Source of the DNA: Lama glama
Taxonomy: Eukaryota
Direction: 5' to 3'
Assembly: GCA_028534125.1 (NCBI GenBank)
Contig: CM052816.1
Coordinates: forward strand, 75,766,001-75,830,000
DNA length: 64,000 bases
Below, piece after piece: positions 1 to 13,994 of the stretch (positions within the stretch are counted from its first letter, which is position 1; every line of letters starts with the position of its first letter). The notes under the pieces were generated by a model. That model saw only the letters and a list, made by a program, of their open reading frames with translations. It was not told the origin of the DNA and ran no database searches. The position numbers and the translations under genes are program-made.

Positions 1-145
1 TTTGCATGCTGGCCTCAGGAAAAGAGAAAGCAGACCTAGTGATGGTCAGTGTCATCTTGAACTTCTTGGTTTATTTTGTCCTTTGGGACAACTTAAGCTT
101 AGGTGTGTAAGCAGCTTTGTGGGAGTGAGTGGGATGAGCCAACAT

Positions 146-335
146 GATTCTCAGTAATAGTGCTGTTGGCGTTTTGGGCAGGACATTTTGTTTTACAGGA
201 TGATCCTTTGCCTTGCAGGATGTTAACATCCCTGATCCCCTGCCACTAGTGCCTCCAAGTCTTAGTGACAACCCAAGGGCCTCTATAAATTGCCATCAAT
301 ACCCTACATAGGGTGATAACTGCCCCCAGTTGAGT
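146..335 (-). mobile_element. MER20-like hAT DNA transposon relic
   Basis: Recalled similarity to the MER20 consensus (…tgcaggatgttaacatccctg…ccactag…tgacaacc…ttgcca…aactgcccccagttgag). Confidence 0.6.
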
Positions 336-426
336 TAGGCAGAAAATAGGATTGAAAGTTTAAAAAAAAAAAAAAGGGCATTTGACAAATGTGACAAATT
401 CTAACAGTGATTGGGCCAAGTAAAGT

Positions 427-600
427 AGGAGTTGGCAAACCACAGTCTATTTTTATAAATAAAGTTTTATTGGGACACAAACATGCACATTTGTGTATCA
501 TCTGTGGCAGATTTTGTGCCACAGCAGAAGTGAGTAGTTGTAACAGAATGTATGACCCACAAAGCCTAAAATATTCACTGTATGCTGACCTTGACCTTCA
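427..600 (+). mobile_element. MER58A-like hAT relic
   Basis: gttggcaaac…aaataaagttttattgggacaca…agcctaaaatatt; resembles the copy at 5480-5697. Confidence 0.65.
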
Positions 601-653
601 GTTCCCTTCTCAGAAACCACAACAACTCCTGAAACCTCAGATATCCCAGGGTC

Positions 654-792
654 TTGCTTTTTTTTCCCCTTTTCATGGTGGGGGAAGGTAATCACATTGA
701 TTTATTTATTCTTAGGAGGAGGTACTGGGGATTGAACCCAGGACCTCGTGCATGCTAAGCATGCACTCTGCCACTTAAGCTATGTTCTCCCC
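654..792 (-). mobile_element. tRNA-derived SINE (Vic-1-like)
   Basis: Reverse complement of a TAGCT..AGTGG..GGTTCAATCCCCAGTACCTCC head (Pol III A/B boxes) + A-rich tail; 19-bp TSD cctcagatatcccagggtc at 635-653 and 793-811. Confidence 0.9.
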
Positions 793-1943
793 CCTCAGAT
801 ATCCCAGGGTCGTCAGGTACCTCTGCTATACCTGGAATTCCAATCTCTTGGTTTTTTTCCACACATGTTCATTCCCCTAGTCTTGACTTATCTTATAATT
901 TCTTTATCTGGAATGATGAGATCAAACAGAGTAAGAATTAAGGTGTTTGCTACTCTTGGCTTAGGGTAGAATTTGTGTTTACTCTTCCCATGTGTCCACA
1001 TAATTTCAATAAGTGATAGTGACTGAAATCCAGAGCAATGTAGTACTTATTTTTAAAGCAATTTATATAATTTCCCTCACTCTTGCCTGATAAAAACGTA
1101 CTCAAACTCTACTGTGAGCATCATCTCAATGTTCCAGATCCCCTTTCCTTAAATATGACTGTCCTGAGAGAATATGCCACTGGGAAGTATATTTTTTCTC
1201 TTTCATTGTTTTTGCTTTTTTTTCCTTTCTTTTTTTCTAAGCCTGTCTGATTTACGAGATGTTAGGTTCCTTATGATGAATGCTCATTGTGTGTAACCAC
1301 ACGGTATTTTCTCCTTGCTTTCTTCAGAATGCTACTCTATAAATTCTAGATAGAGCAAACTCAAAATAATTTAGAGATTGGTTTTTTTGGTTTAATTCAG
1401 GAAATTGACCATTGCCTAAAGATTGGAATCTGATCTACCTATGTTGGAAATCATACAATTTTCACTTAAAGCTGTCTAAGACTACTTTCAATTTTATTAT
1501 AATTTCTCTATGGAAGCTTCCACAAAACCAAGGAAGTAAATTAAACTTTAATTCAAATATTATATGCTGGACAAAGGAAAGTCATTTCCAAAAGCAAAAT
1601 CTAAACTGAACCAGAAAAGTTATTTTTATCAATAAACATTTTGAGGCACAAATATTATAAATATTAGAAACACAATAAATAAGGTTAAAACTTTAATGTT
1701 CTTGACAACATAGTTTTTAATAAGAAAATAAAATGAATCTCAATATTAGCTACTTATGTACTGAAATGTAGCTGTATAGGAATAGCTTTTAAATTTGTTT
1801 TGGTATTTCTACGTGAGCACATAAAATTGTATAATAGAAGTCAAATAGAAATCTTATGATATTAGTGGAAAGTGATGATCATTTGTGTTTAGTTATTTTT
1901 GACTTGACGTAGACAAAAATGCTATAACATTTCTTCTTATATA

Positions 1944-2598
1944 CAGTCAGTCCTCATTCATGAATTCTGTATTTGTGAGTTCGCTTACTCACTAAAATGT
2001 ATTTGTAACCCCCAAATCAGTACTCATGGTGCTTTCACAGTCATTAGTGGGCATGCACAGAGCTGTGAAAAATTTGAGTCACCAGATGTTTATGTTCCCA
2101 GCTGAATCAAACAAGACGATGCTCCCTCTGCCTTCTTGTTTTATTTGGCTCTTATACTGAAAGCAAGCATCATCCCTGTGGTCTGTGTAGTGTTATGTTT
2201 TCCACATTTTTTTGCCTTTTTTTGGTGATTTTGCTGTTTAAAATAGCCCACAGGTGTAGTGCAGAAGTGCTGTTAAGAAGGCTGTGATGTGTGTCTTATG
2301 GAGAAAATATGTGTGTTAGGTTAGCTTCGTCCAGGCATAAGTTACAGTGCCGCCGGCCATGAGTTCAGTGTTAGTGAATCAGCAATATGTATTAAATGTC
2401 TTTAAACAGGAACACACATAAAATCCCATATTAATCAGTTAGTTATATATTAATCACTTGATAAAAATGTCAAGACCAGAGGCTGGCTGGTCTGGAACGT
2501 AACCCCAAATATCTTCCAGGAGCGATGATTCAGTATTTGCTCATTCAGACTTTATGGTGACTTTACAGAACATAACTACTGGGAATGAGAATCAACTA
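1944..2598. mobile_element. MER82-like TcMar-Tigger non-autonomous transposon
   Basis: Begins ta|cagtcagtcctcattc and ends gaatgagaatcaacta|ta (degenerate TIRs with TA flanks); internal sequence recalled as MER82. Confidence 0.7.
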
Positions 2599-2829
2599 TA
2601 TATAGAATAAAGCTTTTTAGTTTAGCAGTGTTTTAATGTATGCAACTTTTCTTTTGTCAAGAATTTAAAGTATCAGACAAGTAATTAAAATTTACTTTAA
2701 AGCTGCGTAACATCTAAAAATCTCTGTGATTCAGCAAAGATAAAATTATGTTCAACATCAGTTGCCATTGTTGTTTTATATTCTGCTCCCCTCACCCTAA
2801 TTTAGTTTAGTGCATTAATTTCTTATATC

Positions 2830-4110
2830 CATTTTTACTCCTTGAGTATTTATTTAGTGCTTTTGTTAGGCATTGATGCCACAAAGAATATAGTAGGTGA
2901 GCATCTTTTGTAGAGTGACACAAAGAGAGAAGCTGTTTTGATGTGGAGTAAAGAGTACTGTTTTAGAGAGTTCATGGGATAATATAAAAGGAGGACATTG
3001 AATTAGATGGGGGAATGGAAGAATTAAAGAGCGTTTGGGAAGATTTTGGGAAAAGATAGCATCAGAAGAGTCATGAAAGACAAATGAGAATTAGCTGAAG
3101 AAGGGGCAGAGCAGTGTTCCAGTCTGCATGTGCAAAACCAGGAGACCAGAGAAAATCTTGCCCACTGAAGTATCGAAACTAGTTCAGTACAGCTGGAAGG
3201 AACATAATATACAATGTCTGGTGAAAGAAGTGTCTAGAGGTAAATGGAGACTTGGGAGCAGAGACATGACTATTGGGTGCATAGCTGAATTTAACAAGCC
3301 TGAACTCCAGCATCCTTAAGGTAGCCAGGAGCTACGGAAATACTTTAATCAGTAGGTGAACTTACCAAAATGGATTGGAGTCTAGCAACACTGGTCTCGG
3401 GAAGACTGGTTAATTGAATTTTTGACAGTCCTGGAAGACTGAAGACCTACACTGAGTCGTAGCAGTGACAGTGGGTTCAAGGAATGGAATTAGAGAATTG
3501 AAGACTAATGTGACCTGGGTAGGGCAGGGAGAAGTGTAGTGAAGAATGGCTTCAGGATTCTCTCTTGTGACTTGATGGTGCTGTTCTTTAAGTCAGGGAT
3601 ACAAGGGTGGAGTAAATTTGGAGTAGGAGATGATGGTGAGTTCAGTTTGGACATTTCGTTCGAGGTTTATGTCAGCCACCTTTGATGTAATATTCCTGCC
3701 CAGTAATCTTCTCATTTCTCTCTTTGGAATTCTCAGAAAAACTTCCCAAATGAGTTGTCATCACTCATTGTCCCCACTTCCTTACTTCTGCTTCACTCTT
3801 TGGCCTGGTTTCCATTCCTGCCATTCCAAGAATACTGCTTTTGGTCAGTGTCACCGAGGACCTACATGGTATTGGATCTCTCTGAGGTATTCAGTAACTC
3901 ATCACTTTCTCCATGACAGACTTCTCTCTTGGTTTCTGAGAAATCACACACACTCCTGAATTTTCTCCTTCCTTTTTCTCTGTGCTTCTCAGTTGTCTTT
4001 GCTGATCTTTCCTTCTTTGCCTGATCTCTGAATTTTGAAAACTCCACCCCTGGCCTCTTTTCTCTTTCCTTTCTACTCTCTCTCTCTTTATGTGCTCTTT
4101 CCCAGATTCA
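2830..4110. mobile_element. Degenerate L2 fragments in both orientations
   Basis: Purine-rich then pyrimidine-rich tracts with L2-typical words (gagttcagtttggacat; ctctcttggtttctg…acac). Confidence 0.45.
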
Positions 4111-4335
4111 TGATTTGTTTAATTCTCGAAACTTTTAATGAAAAAGGCAATGGTACATACTCATGATTTTAAAAAGCAGATGCAGTAATAACAAAAGACA
4201 TGCAGTGAAGAGTCCTGCCCTTACTCCTGTCCTCTAGTCTCTTAGTTCACTTTCCCACAGGCAGCCACAGTTACCAGTTTCTTAATATCCTGCCAAAGAG
4301 TATATTTATAAACATGTGGGTCTAATAGATCTTTT

Positions 4336-4486
4336 TTTGTTTTGTTTTGGTTTTTTTTTTCCTAGGGGGGGCAGTAATTAGGTTTATTTATTTATTTACT
4401 TTTAAAAGAAGGGACTGGGGATTGAACCCAGGACCTCGTGCATGCTAAACACACACTCTACCACTGAGCTATACACTCCCCACCCT
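4336..4486 (-). mobile_element. tRNA-derived SINE (Vic-1-like)
   Basis: Same head and tail; TSD atagatctttt at 4325-4335 and 4487-4497. Confidence 0.9.
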
Positions 4487-5163
4487 ATAGATCTTTTAAA
4501 ACATCATAAATGATAGCATTCTAAATGTAATATATATACCATTCTCTCCCTTGCCTTTTTTACTTAATATATCTTAGAGATCATTTTGTATTCTTACATA
4601 AAGAACTGTTTTTTTTTTTTTTAATAGCTCTATAGTAGATCTCTTACTATCCAGGCTTTTACTGTCTAAAATCAGGAACTAGAGAAATTTGGATATAAAG
4701 GATTACTTGTATTTCATTATATGATGTATTAAAATATGTTAACCATACCTCTTTTGAAATAGGATATTTTCATCTTTAATTTTTACAAGTGATATAGTGG
4801 ATATCCTTCAAAGGTCTAAGTGTGCATACATACAGTTCAATCTAAAAGAAAGATTTATAGAAATGGAATTACTAGATCATATTAGATGTACGTTTAAAAA
4901 AATACAGTTTACTTTTTTCTTTTTTTTTGAGTATATTGTTATCAAGAAACAGACTTGGATTTTAATGGCTGTGCATGTGTGTACATGTATGAAGATAGGG
5001 GTCATGCATATAACTTTCCATTAAAAACTTTTAATTTCCTAATAATATTCTAGTGACTCATACGTATTTAGTTTTGCAATTGTCCATAAGATTTTTTTTG
5101 TAGCTGATTTTTTGACTGAAGACCGATCAAGACTCATAACAAGGTTATGTGCTTTTAGTCTCT

Positions 5164-5454
5164 GTCTCTTTTTTTTTTTTTACTTCTGTACAATCTCTTA
5201 TTTTTTTAATTTTTATTTATTTTTTACATTTTTTTATTGAGTAATAGTCATTTTACAATGTTGTGTCAAATTTCAGTGTAGAGCACAATTTTTCAGTTAT
5301 ACATGAACATACGTATATTCATTGTCACATTTTTGTTTTTCGCTGTGAGCTACCACAAGATCTTGTATATATTTCCCTGTGCTATACAGTATAATCTTGT
5401 TTATCTCTTCTACATTTTGAAATCCCAGTCTGTCCCTTCCCACCCCGCCCCCTG
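5164..5454 (-). mobile_element. 5'-truncated L1 3' end with composite tail
   Basis: L1 3'UTR-type sequence; 13-bp TSD gcttttagtctct at 5151-5163 and 5455-5467. Confidence 0.85.
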
Positions 5455-5479
5455 GCTTTTAGTCTCTTTTAATTTGGAG

Positions 5480-5697
5480 CAGGGTCTACAGACCACTGTT
5501 AGTGGACCAAATCTGGTGTGCCCATCCATTTTTCTAAATAAAGTTTTGTTGGGACACAGCACCACTCATTCAGGTTTTCTGTGGTTGCTTTTACACTACA
5601 GCAGCAGAGTCAGGTAGTTGGAACAGAGACCATCCTGCCTCCAAAGCCTAAAATATTTACTGTTTGGCCTTTTACAGAAGAAAGTTTGTGGACCTGT
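5480..5697 (+). mobile_element. MER58A-like hAT relic
   Basis: …aaataaagttttgttgggacacagc…aaagcctaaaatatttactgtttggccttttacagaa…. Confidence 0.7.
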
Positions 5698-6925
5698 ATT
5701 TAGAACATTAGAACAATTCTCTCACCTTTAAAATTTTGACTTTTAGAATTGACCAGGAAAATTGCTTAGTTGAGTGTCTCAGACTCTGGATTTGCTTGAT
5801 TTTTTCCCTCTGAATCATTTAACTTTTTTCCCTCCATCTCTTGTATTTTCTAAGCTAGAAGTTAGGCCTAGCAGCTTCGATTCAAGTTCAGGGTTTTGTT
5901 TTTTTTTTTTCCTAGAATATTCATTGTTTTTTTTTACTTTCTATTGCATCACATCATGATGTTTATAATGTCTGGGTGTACCTTGATGCTAAGATCAATT
6001 AGAGCATGCAGCATCCTCCCATTATACAGTTCTGCATCCATCTTTTTTCCCTAATGGTTTTAACATCCATTGATGATCATTGCTAGATCTGTTATCTCAC
6101 ATAAGTAATGATTTTTAAAATTCTAGTATTGCGTTTATCAGCTGTTTTTCCCCCTATTAAGAACTTTCCCTCATCATTTGTTTAGAGATTTAGTTTTATA
6201 TCTAGGTTGTTGAAGGAAAAAGCTCTATCTTTTACAAAGGTTTTGAAAATAATTAGTGTTCATGTACATGTCTTCTTATTGTTTACATAGTTTAAATTAA
6301 AAGTAGTTGTTCATTTGAAGTAGAGCTTATAAGTGTGTGTGTGTGAACGCACATGGATTTTGGAGACTGGATTGAGGGGAGAAGACATGAGAATCTACTG
6401 CTTTATTTATGTTCCATTATAAGAATCTTCTCCCTTTTCTGTAAGACTAAAATTTTAAAGTTGTAATTCTAATTGTTAAACATGTAGGCTAGCTTCAGAG
6501 GATTAAATGGCCAGAAAATGATTTGTATTTTAGATATAATCTTACATTTAAAGAATGTTAGTGTCATTTGAATTTTTGATTAATGTAGAGATTGCTAGTC
6601 CTAATAACACAGTCAACCTGGAACTGAAGTTATGTTCCTTGAAAAGCTGGCAGATGATATTAATAGAAAATCTGAAGGGGGTTGTGTAGACAGGTAAATA
6701 TAATATTTGTTTTTCCTCATTGGCTTTTTTTCTTAATTAAAAGAAATCAGTGTGAATGATATCTTGAGTTATACAACCTTCCTTCCAAGATGATCTCATT
6801 TCCAGTCAGTTTTACATCAGATATAATATATGTATTGTATTTGTCCTCCAAAATACAATTTTTTATCTTTAATAATTATTATTCATGGCCCACTTTCTTC
6901 CAAAAGACAATTATGGCCAAAGGGT

Positions 6926-7214
6926 AAATTTTTTCTAGCTTTATTGAAAGATAATTGACATATAACATTGTGTAAGTTTAAGGTGTACAGTGTGATGATA
7001 TGATACATGTATATATTTCAAAATGATTACTACAATAAGGTTAGTTAACACATCTGTCACCTCACAAAATTACTTTTGTGTGTGGTGAGAACATTTACGA
7101 TTCACACTCTTAGCAACTTTCAAGTAAATAATACAGTATTGTTAACTGTAGTCTCCATATAGTGCTGTACATTATATCTCTAGAACTTATTCATCTTATA
7201 ACTGGAAATTTGTA
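6926..7214 (-). mobile_element. L1MA-type 3' end
   Basis: tttattgaaagataattgacatataacattgtgtaagtttaaggtgtaca…; TSD ccaaagggt at 6917-6925 and 7215-7223. Confidence 0.8.
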
Positions 7215-10200
7215 CCAAAGGGTGACTTTTAATGTCTAACAATAGACGATCCATTTGAATGAAGTTTGCATTGGAATAGTAGTAATCAGTCTTTAAGCAT
7301 TATGCTGTAGAGAGAAGCATTTGATGATTTCAAGACCTGAGAAAAATGTTTTGTGTGTGTTATGTACGTTATATTAAGATAAACTGGAAGTATATATAAT
7401 AAAATGTTGTATTAACTGTAGTTATCATCTTTGGGTGGTGAAATCGTGTGTGGAGGGGGGCACTTTCCTCTGTTATCTGATTCTTCTCTATTTGTATACC
7501 CAGAAACAATTTTGTATATCAAAGCAGGTGTCATTTACTCAGGTAATAAATATAAGGAAGACCTGATTTCTTTTAAGAACATTTTGTGTTAAAAAAAATA
7601 TTGAATATGCAATATAAGCCATCATTGTATTTTAGTTGCCAGTATAGATGTGAAGTCTTGGGCTGCCTTAATAGATATACATGTGTAGCTCAAAGAAGGA
7701 TGAGGTCCACTGGGATCTGCAGACCTTGTCTTCCTCCTCTTTCCCTCCTGTCCACAAGCTGTGGTGTTTTTTGGTTTTTTTTTTTAATCCCTGTTTGAGA
7801 GTCCACTAGTAGAATTCAGACTTTCTCCTTCCTTCTCTGTATGTTTCTTTTTCCTTTTTTTTCTTTCTTTTTTTGTTTTTGCTCAGTTGATACCAGGTGA
7901 AGTCCTTCTATCTTTTCTCTTCCATCTTTCTTTTTTTAAAAGTACATTTGGGTTAAAGGAGGCTGTTTTACCTGAGGGGCTGGGAAAGGAAAGACTATAA
8001 GAACGGGCCCCTTTAGGGGTTAGTATATTAATCCAAGCAGTATTGTCTGTTAGGTGGTGATGCTACAGAAGCAGCTAGTTAATTAATTCTGTATAGTTGA
8101 TGGTATTTTAATAGAGTAATTGGAAATTACAAATAAAGAATTTTAATGGTACCTGAAAAGATTCTTAAATGGCTTGCTTTGAAGTGCACTAGGCAGATCT
8201 AAGCTGACATTGACATGAGAATTATTTTAAAATAACTGTGAACCTCAGATTCCCATGAAGGGTAAGTAGAAGTGGACAGTGGTACACAGTGGTTTAGCCA
8301 ACCTATGTCTACCAGCTACTTCGCAGAGTTTGTATGGAGAATTGTGCAGGCCCGGCAAGTGGGCATAGCCTGACACTGCAGAGTGCCAGAGTCCGTGGGA
8401 AGCAGAGCGGTGTGTGCGGCACTCCAAAGGGATCTCTGGGTGAGGTGGAAGGAGGTGAGATGGAAGGGGACAGCAGCCAGTGAGACGCCTGTCTCCACTA
8501 TTACGTCCCACTTGTGGATCCTGGCTCTAAACAAACGCTTGAGCTTGGCAAAATCTTTGATAGAGAAGTAATTTTCACTTAGTAAAACTCTTAGAGATTT
8601 GATTCATAACATAAGAATATTGCGGATAGGTAGAGGCAGGGAAAAACATACAGCGTTGTTGTAGCACATCTTAAAAATGAGGTCAATAATGGTCACAATG
8701 TCTTCAAATCATTGGTAGTTCCTAAAATTCGAGTAGTCTCTCACCCAGCTTTAAACACAGTCTTCAGACAAATATCTCCTCAGGACTCAGCCAGCGTCCC
8801 TATTAGGGAAGAAGTTATTAACAGTAGTTCTGATAATCTGCATATTCAGATGTGATTTGTCTGGAAACATAGAGTGCCAGCTATTGTGGAATGAATCTTC
8901 AGTTTACAGTTATCCATAGTCTGCTGCTACAGAATAACAGTAACCATTGCTACAACCCATGTGGCAGTTCAGGCAGGCTTTATAAAGTGCACTCCTGTCC
9001 ACCTTCACCCCTGCTGCTAGCCTGCGGTTGGCAATGTGGCAAACTTATTCTAAGATGGCTGAAGCCCTTTTGCCATTTTGCCATGATGGCATAAGATCCT
9101 GGACATGGTATTGCCCATTTGAATTATTTACTAGTAAAGGAATGCTCTAGCAAGGTGAAAACAGAGTGTACTTTTTTTGTGTTCTTTAACTTTGTATTTT
9201 CTACCAAATTCTGCCTTTCTTTCTTTAGTTTTCTACTCCCTTCTTAAATAATAATCAGTGCAGATCAGCCCATGTTTTGGTTGTTATGTTTGGTTTGGAT
9301 CTTTACATAATAGATAGGAAGTTATGTACAGAGGAAATGAAAGGTAACAAAGAGTGATTTAAGAGAAGGCAGTGCATGATGGGGCATAATATCCTATGAG
9401 AGATATTATCAGTGGTTCACAACCCTGATTTTTATTAGCATAACTTGGGGAACTTTTAAAAAGTACAGATGCCTGGGCCCTACTCCAAGAATTTGTTTTT
9501 ATTGATCTGAGGCAGGAACCAGCATGTGTGTGTGTGTTTCCCCTCCAAAACCTCCCTAAATCATCTGTATGTAGCTAGGAATGAAAATTGGTGGATTATT
9601 TATTTTCCGCTTAGCTTTACAAAGGAGAATGAGTAGCTCTGAGGGAAAGGTACAGGATAGAAAGTTTCATGTCATTAATAATGAAGAATGTTCTGGTAAT
9701 TTGAACTTTCTCCTAGAAATATTCAAGTATACATAAGTTAACCACTTGGGAAGGATGCTATGAAGATGACTGCCTTGGATAACATGTAGGACTTAGTCAT
9801 TCTTTAATTTTATTTTTTTTAAAAAGTTACGCTGTGCTTCTGCAGATTTGGCATGAATATGTTAAGATCAGTTCGGGGCATATTGAGTTTGAGGTGTCTA
9901 TTTGGCATCTAGGTGGAGATGTTAGCTCAAAAGAGTCATGACTGGGAGAGCATCAGTGAAAAGGTGATAGTGGAAATCACTGTCTTCATACTATTTTTCA
10001 TTCATGTGGCTCATTTCTTATAAACTTACCGTATATTGATAGTGATGAACAAGACATAGTCCCTGTGCTCATGGAGCTTATAGGAATTGAAAACTGAAGA
10101 ATCTTTACAAAATGACCTGGCAGCATCTTAAATTGTCATCTGGGTCAGCTAGATTGCTGCAGTAGAGCCAACAGTTGCAACTGGATTATAAATTCTTGAG

Positions 10201-10533
10201 AGAAATCCTTTGTATTGCATTTAAAATGAGTGACAACGTATGCAGACATTGATGGAAAAAAACATTTTGGTGGTGACTTCTTAGCCCAGAAAATAAAATC
10301 TTGGAGAAAGATTTCCAAGGTCTTTTTTATTTATATTTTGCTTTTTTCTCCTTTACTGTCCTTTCCTTTCATCTCTTAAATTTTTCTGCTTTTGTAACAT
10401 CATCATTATCAGTTCTTGAATAGAGCTATTTCTTTATAAACAATTATTCCTTAGTATCTGATTTTTAAACTTGGTCATGTACTTTCAAAGAATTACTGAA
10501 AATATGATATTAATGTAACCTTAACAACCATAG

Positions 10534-10615
10534 ATATCGAGAAGCGATTCAGAAGTGGGATGAAGCACTACAGTTAACCCCAAATGATGCTACCCTGTAT
10601 GAGATGAAATCACAG
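10534..10615 (+). CDS. TTC33: TTC33 internal coding exon (82 nt), tetratricopeptide repeat protein 33
   Basis: catag|A TAT CGA...TCA CAG|gtaat; translates YREAIQKWDEALQLTPNDATLYEMKSQ (TPR helix), recognised as TTC33; in phase with the next exon. Earlier exons lie outside the window. Confidence 0.95.
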
Positions 10616-12054
10616 GTAATGATTATGAAGAACTTCACTTTCATTTTGCACTGTGTTTGGTGAGCAGTGATGACCCAAAAGTTTTTCCTCCCATTTTCTC
10701 TTTCAAATGCAGTTTATTTGGGAAAAACATATGTCACCATATTATTTATGGCTCTTCCTTAAGCATCAAATTAAGAAATTTGTTTACCTTCACAGTGAAG
10801 TTAACTTTTATTTCAACCTAAACTCTGGATGAGATTTGAGCAGATGGATATCTTTAGAAAAGTAACTGGTGATCTCTTTATATGTGTTAGCTTTCCTTGG
10901 ATATTAACTGTAGTGTGTATATTAATAACTCTGTCTCTTCAGAATGAGGATGGATTAGATTCTAAATGATAATTTCTCTAGAAATGGCTTAGTCCTTAGC
11001 TAGCAAAAGGTCAGAATAGACTCAATTTGCTAATAGTTTAAAAACAACATTTGTTTTTAAAAATACGTTTCTAGTATTCTGTGGGAAAGTTCATAAAGAA
11101 AACCTCTGAGCACTTGTATTAGATCATCCCAGAGACTTAAAATCTCAAACAGAGCATCAAACGTACTTTTGACAGGGAATAGTTGCAGTTCAGCCTCGAT
11201 CTGCACACCGTGTAACAGATACCTTTCAGATGCTGACCCCCAACATAGGGCATATCCTTTTTTAGCTTTCAGTTTATGCAGGAAAAACCTGAATAAATTA
11301 TATCCACCAAATGAAGTGCTGTGAGGACCTTCATTTGGATATGTCTAATTTTCAGTCATGAATATGTATATATTAAATGTAGGATTTGTGACAAACTGTA
11401 TGAAATGAGTTATTTAATTTGGAACCTGATAATGATGGTTGTGTCACAAATCTTTTGAAATGTGAATGGTCTCAGAGATTACACATGAAATCCAGCCCTT
11501 TCGCATAAATTGAAGTGGAAGATTCTGGAACTCCCTGATTTTTCTGATTTGTATGGCTTGAAGAACCCAGTTGTGAGGAGGCTGGTGGAGTGTTTAAATG
11601 ATTTTTATAGCAGGAGGATGTTCACTAGGGACAGGATTGGTGGTTGAAGAAATTTAAATTTATCTAATTGACAGCAGGAGCCAGAGTTCCCTAAAAACCA
11701 TATTGTGATTAGAATAAATAGGAGGGAAATTGAGAGTTCAAATAGCTCTGAGCCACCATGGCCAGAATATGACCACCTGGTTTTTACTAGATAAACAATA
11801 GGGTTCAATAATTGAAAAAGAAGTGATATATATTTTTCATAGTTATTTCAGGTAGGAAGAATATAATTTCTAACCTTTAATAGCAGAGGAGGGGGTCAAA
11901 AACCACAGAAATGGTATGTTTACCAGACTAAAAATATATTTTTAAAAATGAAAAGAGTTGTTTTCATACATTTATCCTGTTTTTTTTTCTAATTTTTAGT
12001 TTGCAAGTTTATGACTATTACTGATGGATTTTGTTTTTTCTTTCTTGGCTGTAG

Positions 12055-12186
12055 GTCCTAATGTCTCTTCATGAAATGTTCCCAGCAGTTCATGCTGCAG
12101 AAATGGCTGTCCAGAGAAATCCACACTCATGGGAGTCTTGGCAAACTTTGGGACGTGCTCAACTTGGATTAGGAGAGATAGTCTTG
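12055..12186 (+). CDS. TTC33: TTC33 internal coding exon (132 nt)
   Basis: Polypyrimidine tract + gtag|GTC CTA...GTC TTG|gtagg; translates VLMSLHEMFPAVHAAEMAVQRNPHSWESWQTLGRAQLGLGEIVL. Confidence 0.95.
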
Positions 12187-13994
12187 GTAGGGAAGTCAGA
12201 TTATTACAATGATGACATTTTATTTTGACATGTTTTTGATCAGCTGAAACAAAAAGTAAATAGCCATTTATCAAATCTACACAAAAAGTAAATAGCAAAT
12301 AACCTTTTAAAGGTATTAATCAATAAACACAGGTCAAAGTTGTTACTGAACAATTTTTTCCATTACAAACATCAGTTACATCAGGGTCAGAATGTTTTTC
12401 AGGTATCTGGCAGCGTGGGAATTAAAAAAAAATTAACAAAACATTGGTATTTGGTAAACCTTATTTAAATATAAAATCACTTTTAGGTTAGTTCCTTGCA
12501 TTATTAAATTTACCACATTATAAAGTGCTATCAGTGTCACCATGGAGACAAAACCACTAAAAGATTATGTTGAGGAAGGAACAAAGTAGAATATGGGAGA
12601 GTGTGGTGATAAATATTTAGACTGAAAAGTTGCTGGGCTCAGTGAGAGGAGAAGTGGGGAAGGGTAGAAGCTTATGAAATAATTGTGTAACATTTAGTAA
12701 AACTGATACTTAATGCTTTTTTCAACTTGTCTGGACTATACCTTATAGGCAGCAAAGGCCAAGTAGGTCATAGTTGGCTATGAGAATTGTCCTGTTTTTG
12801 TGTTTGTTTTGACTGCTAATTTCCTAAAAAATGTTTGCAAATCTAATATAGTAGTGCCAAATTTCCTTCTTGTTATTAAGTAAATTAAGATTTTTCATTC
12901 ATTTATTAGCTTTTTACAGTTAGAAATAAGATAAACAAAAAAACAAAAAAGTTTCCTAAAGGTTGAAATTATTTGTAAAGCCTGAATTTAACTTTACTAA
13001 TCATGGTTCTAGTAAGTTGTGGATAACTTAGATTTTTCTGGTGCTCTTATAAATATATCATATTTCTAATTACCAAAAAAGGTGTTTGTTAAGTTCTTAG
13101 AAATAATAAGTGATTTTGATTAGAACAGAATTGATTGAAGTAAAGTAACTTAAAAATCTGAGTAAGATTCACAGTGATGGAAACCAGTTTAACCAAAGGT
13201 CGTTTTCTTCCCTTGCCATTTAATGTAGTAGTCCTCTTTTCTCTTTTTTATCTAAAGATTTAAATCACATCAGAGTTGGGAAAAAGAAATTTAAGGAATT
13301 TGGTTTTCTAATAGGTTAACAGCAAAACAAACAAAAAACTATCCTATAATGTTTTTTCCCCATTTCTCCTTTATTAAAAACTTACAAATCATTATTTGTT
13401 TTGCTTATAAGTGCCTGTGGTACTGGGAAAAAACCTCTAGGACATAATGTTCAACAAAGATTACCCTATAAAGAAAGAAAATATACTGCAAATGAGACAA
13501 CAGAGACACTTTGAATCAGCCAGTAGAAGTAAAATTATTCAATATTTTAAGTTTTTAAAATAATAGTACCAGTTGTTGATCTGGGTTTTTTTTTTTTTTT
13601 TTCCCTCCTCTTGATCCTTATATTGTAAAATTCTTGGAGGAATTGAAAGTGGTTTTCTTGTTCCCCATTTAATATAATGTTAGGTCTCTACTTGAAAAAA
13701 ATCTGAATCTGTAATTTTTATGTAAATTTAAGCTGTTCTTTTGAAACACTAGAATGGTTAAAAAATAACTTTGCTCAATGTCATAATGAAGGGATACTGT
13801 AAAAAAATATATTGAAAGCAAGCTAAAATTTCTAACATCTAACAATTCTTACTATATATACATATGGACAAAAACATAAGAAAATACAAAGATAAATGGA
13901 ACAGATAGTAAATTAAAAGTCAGTGGTTGGATATATCCCTGAGTAATTATTTAGATTTTTATACTGATCTGAATGTGTATGTTGGAAAATGGCT

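Noticed and set aside
7820..8267. Cryptic TTC33 exon (long pyrimidine tract with AG at 7885-7886; GTAAGT at 8262-8267)
   Set aside because: No recognisable coding content and no way to pair the sites without transcript data; such motifs are common in AT-rich introns.
8245..8571. Three overlapping short ORFs in a GC-richer intronic patch
   Set aside because: No recognisable protein similarity, poly(A) tail or TSD; not supportable as a gene or retrocopy.
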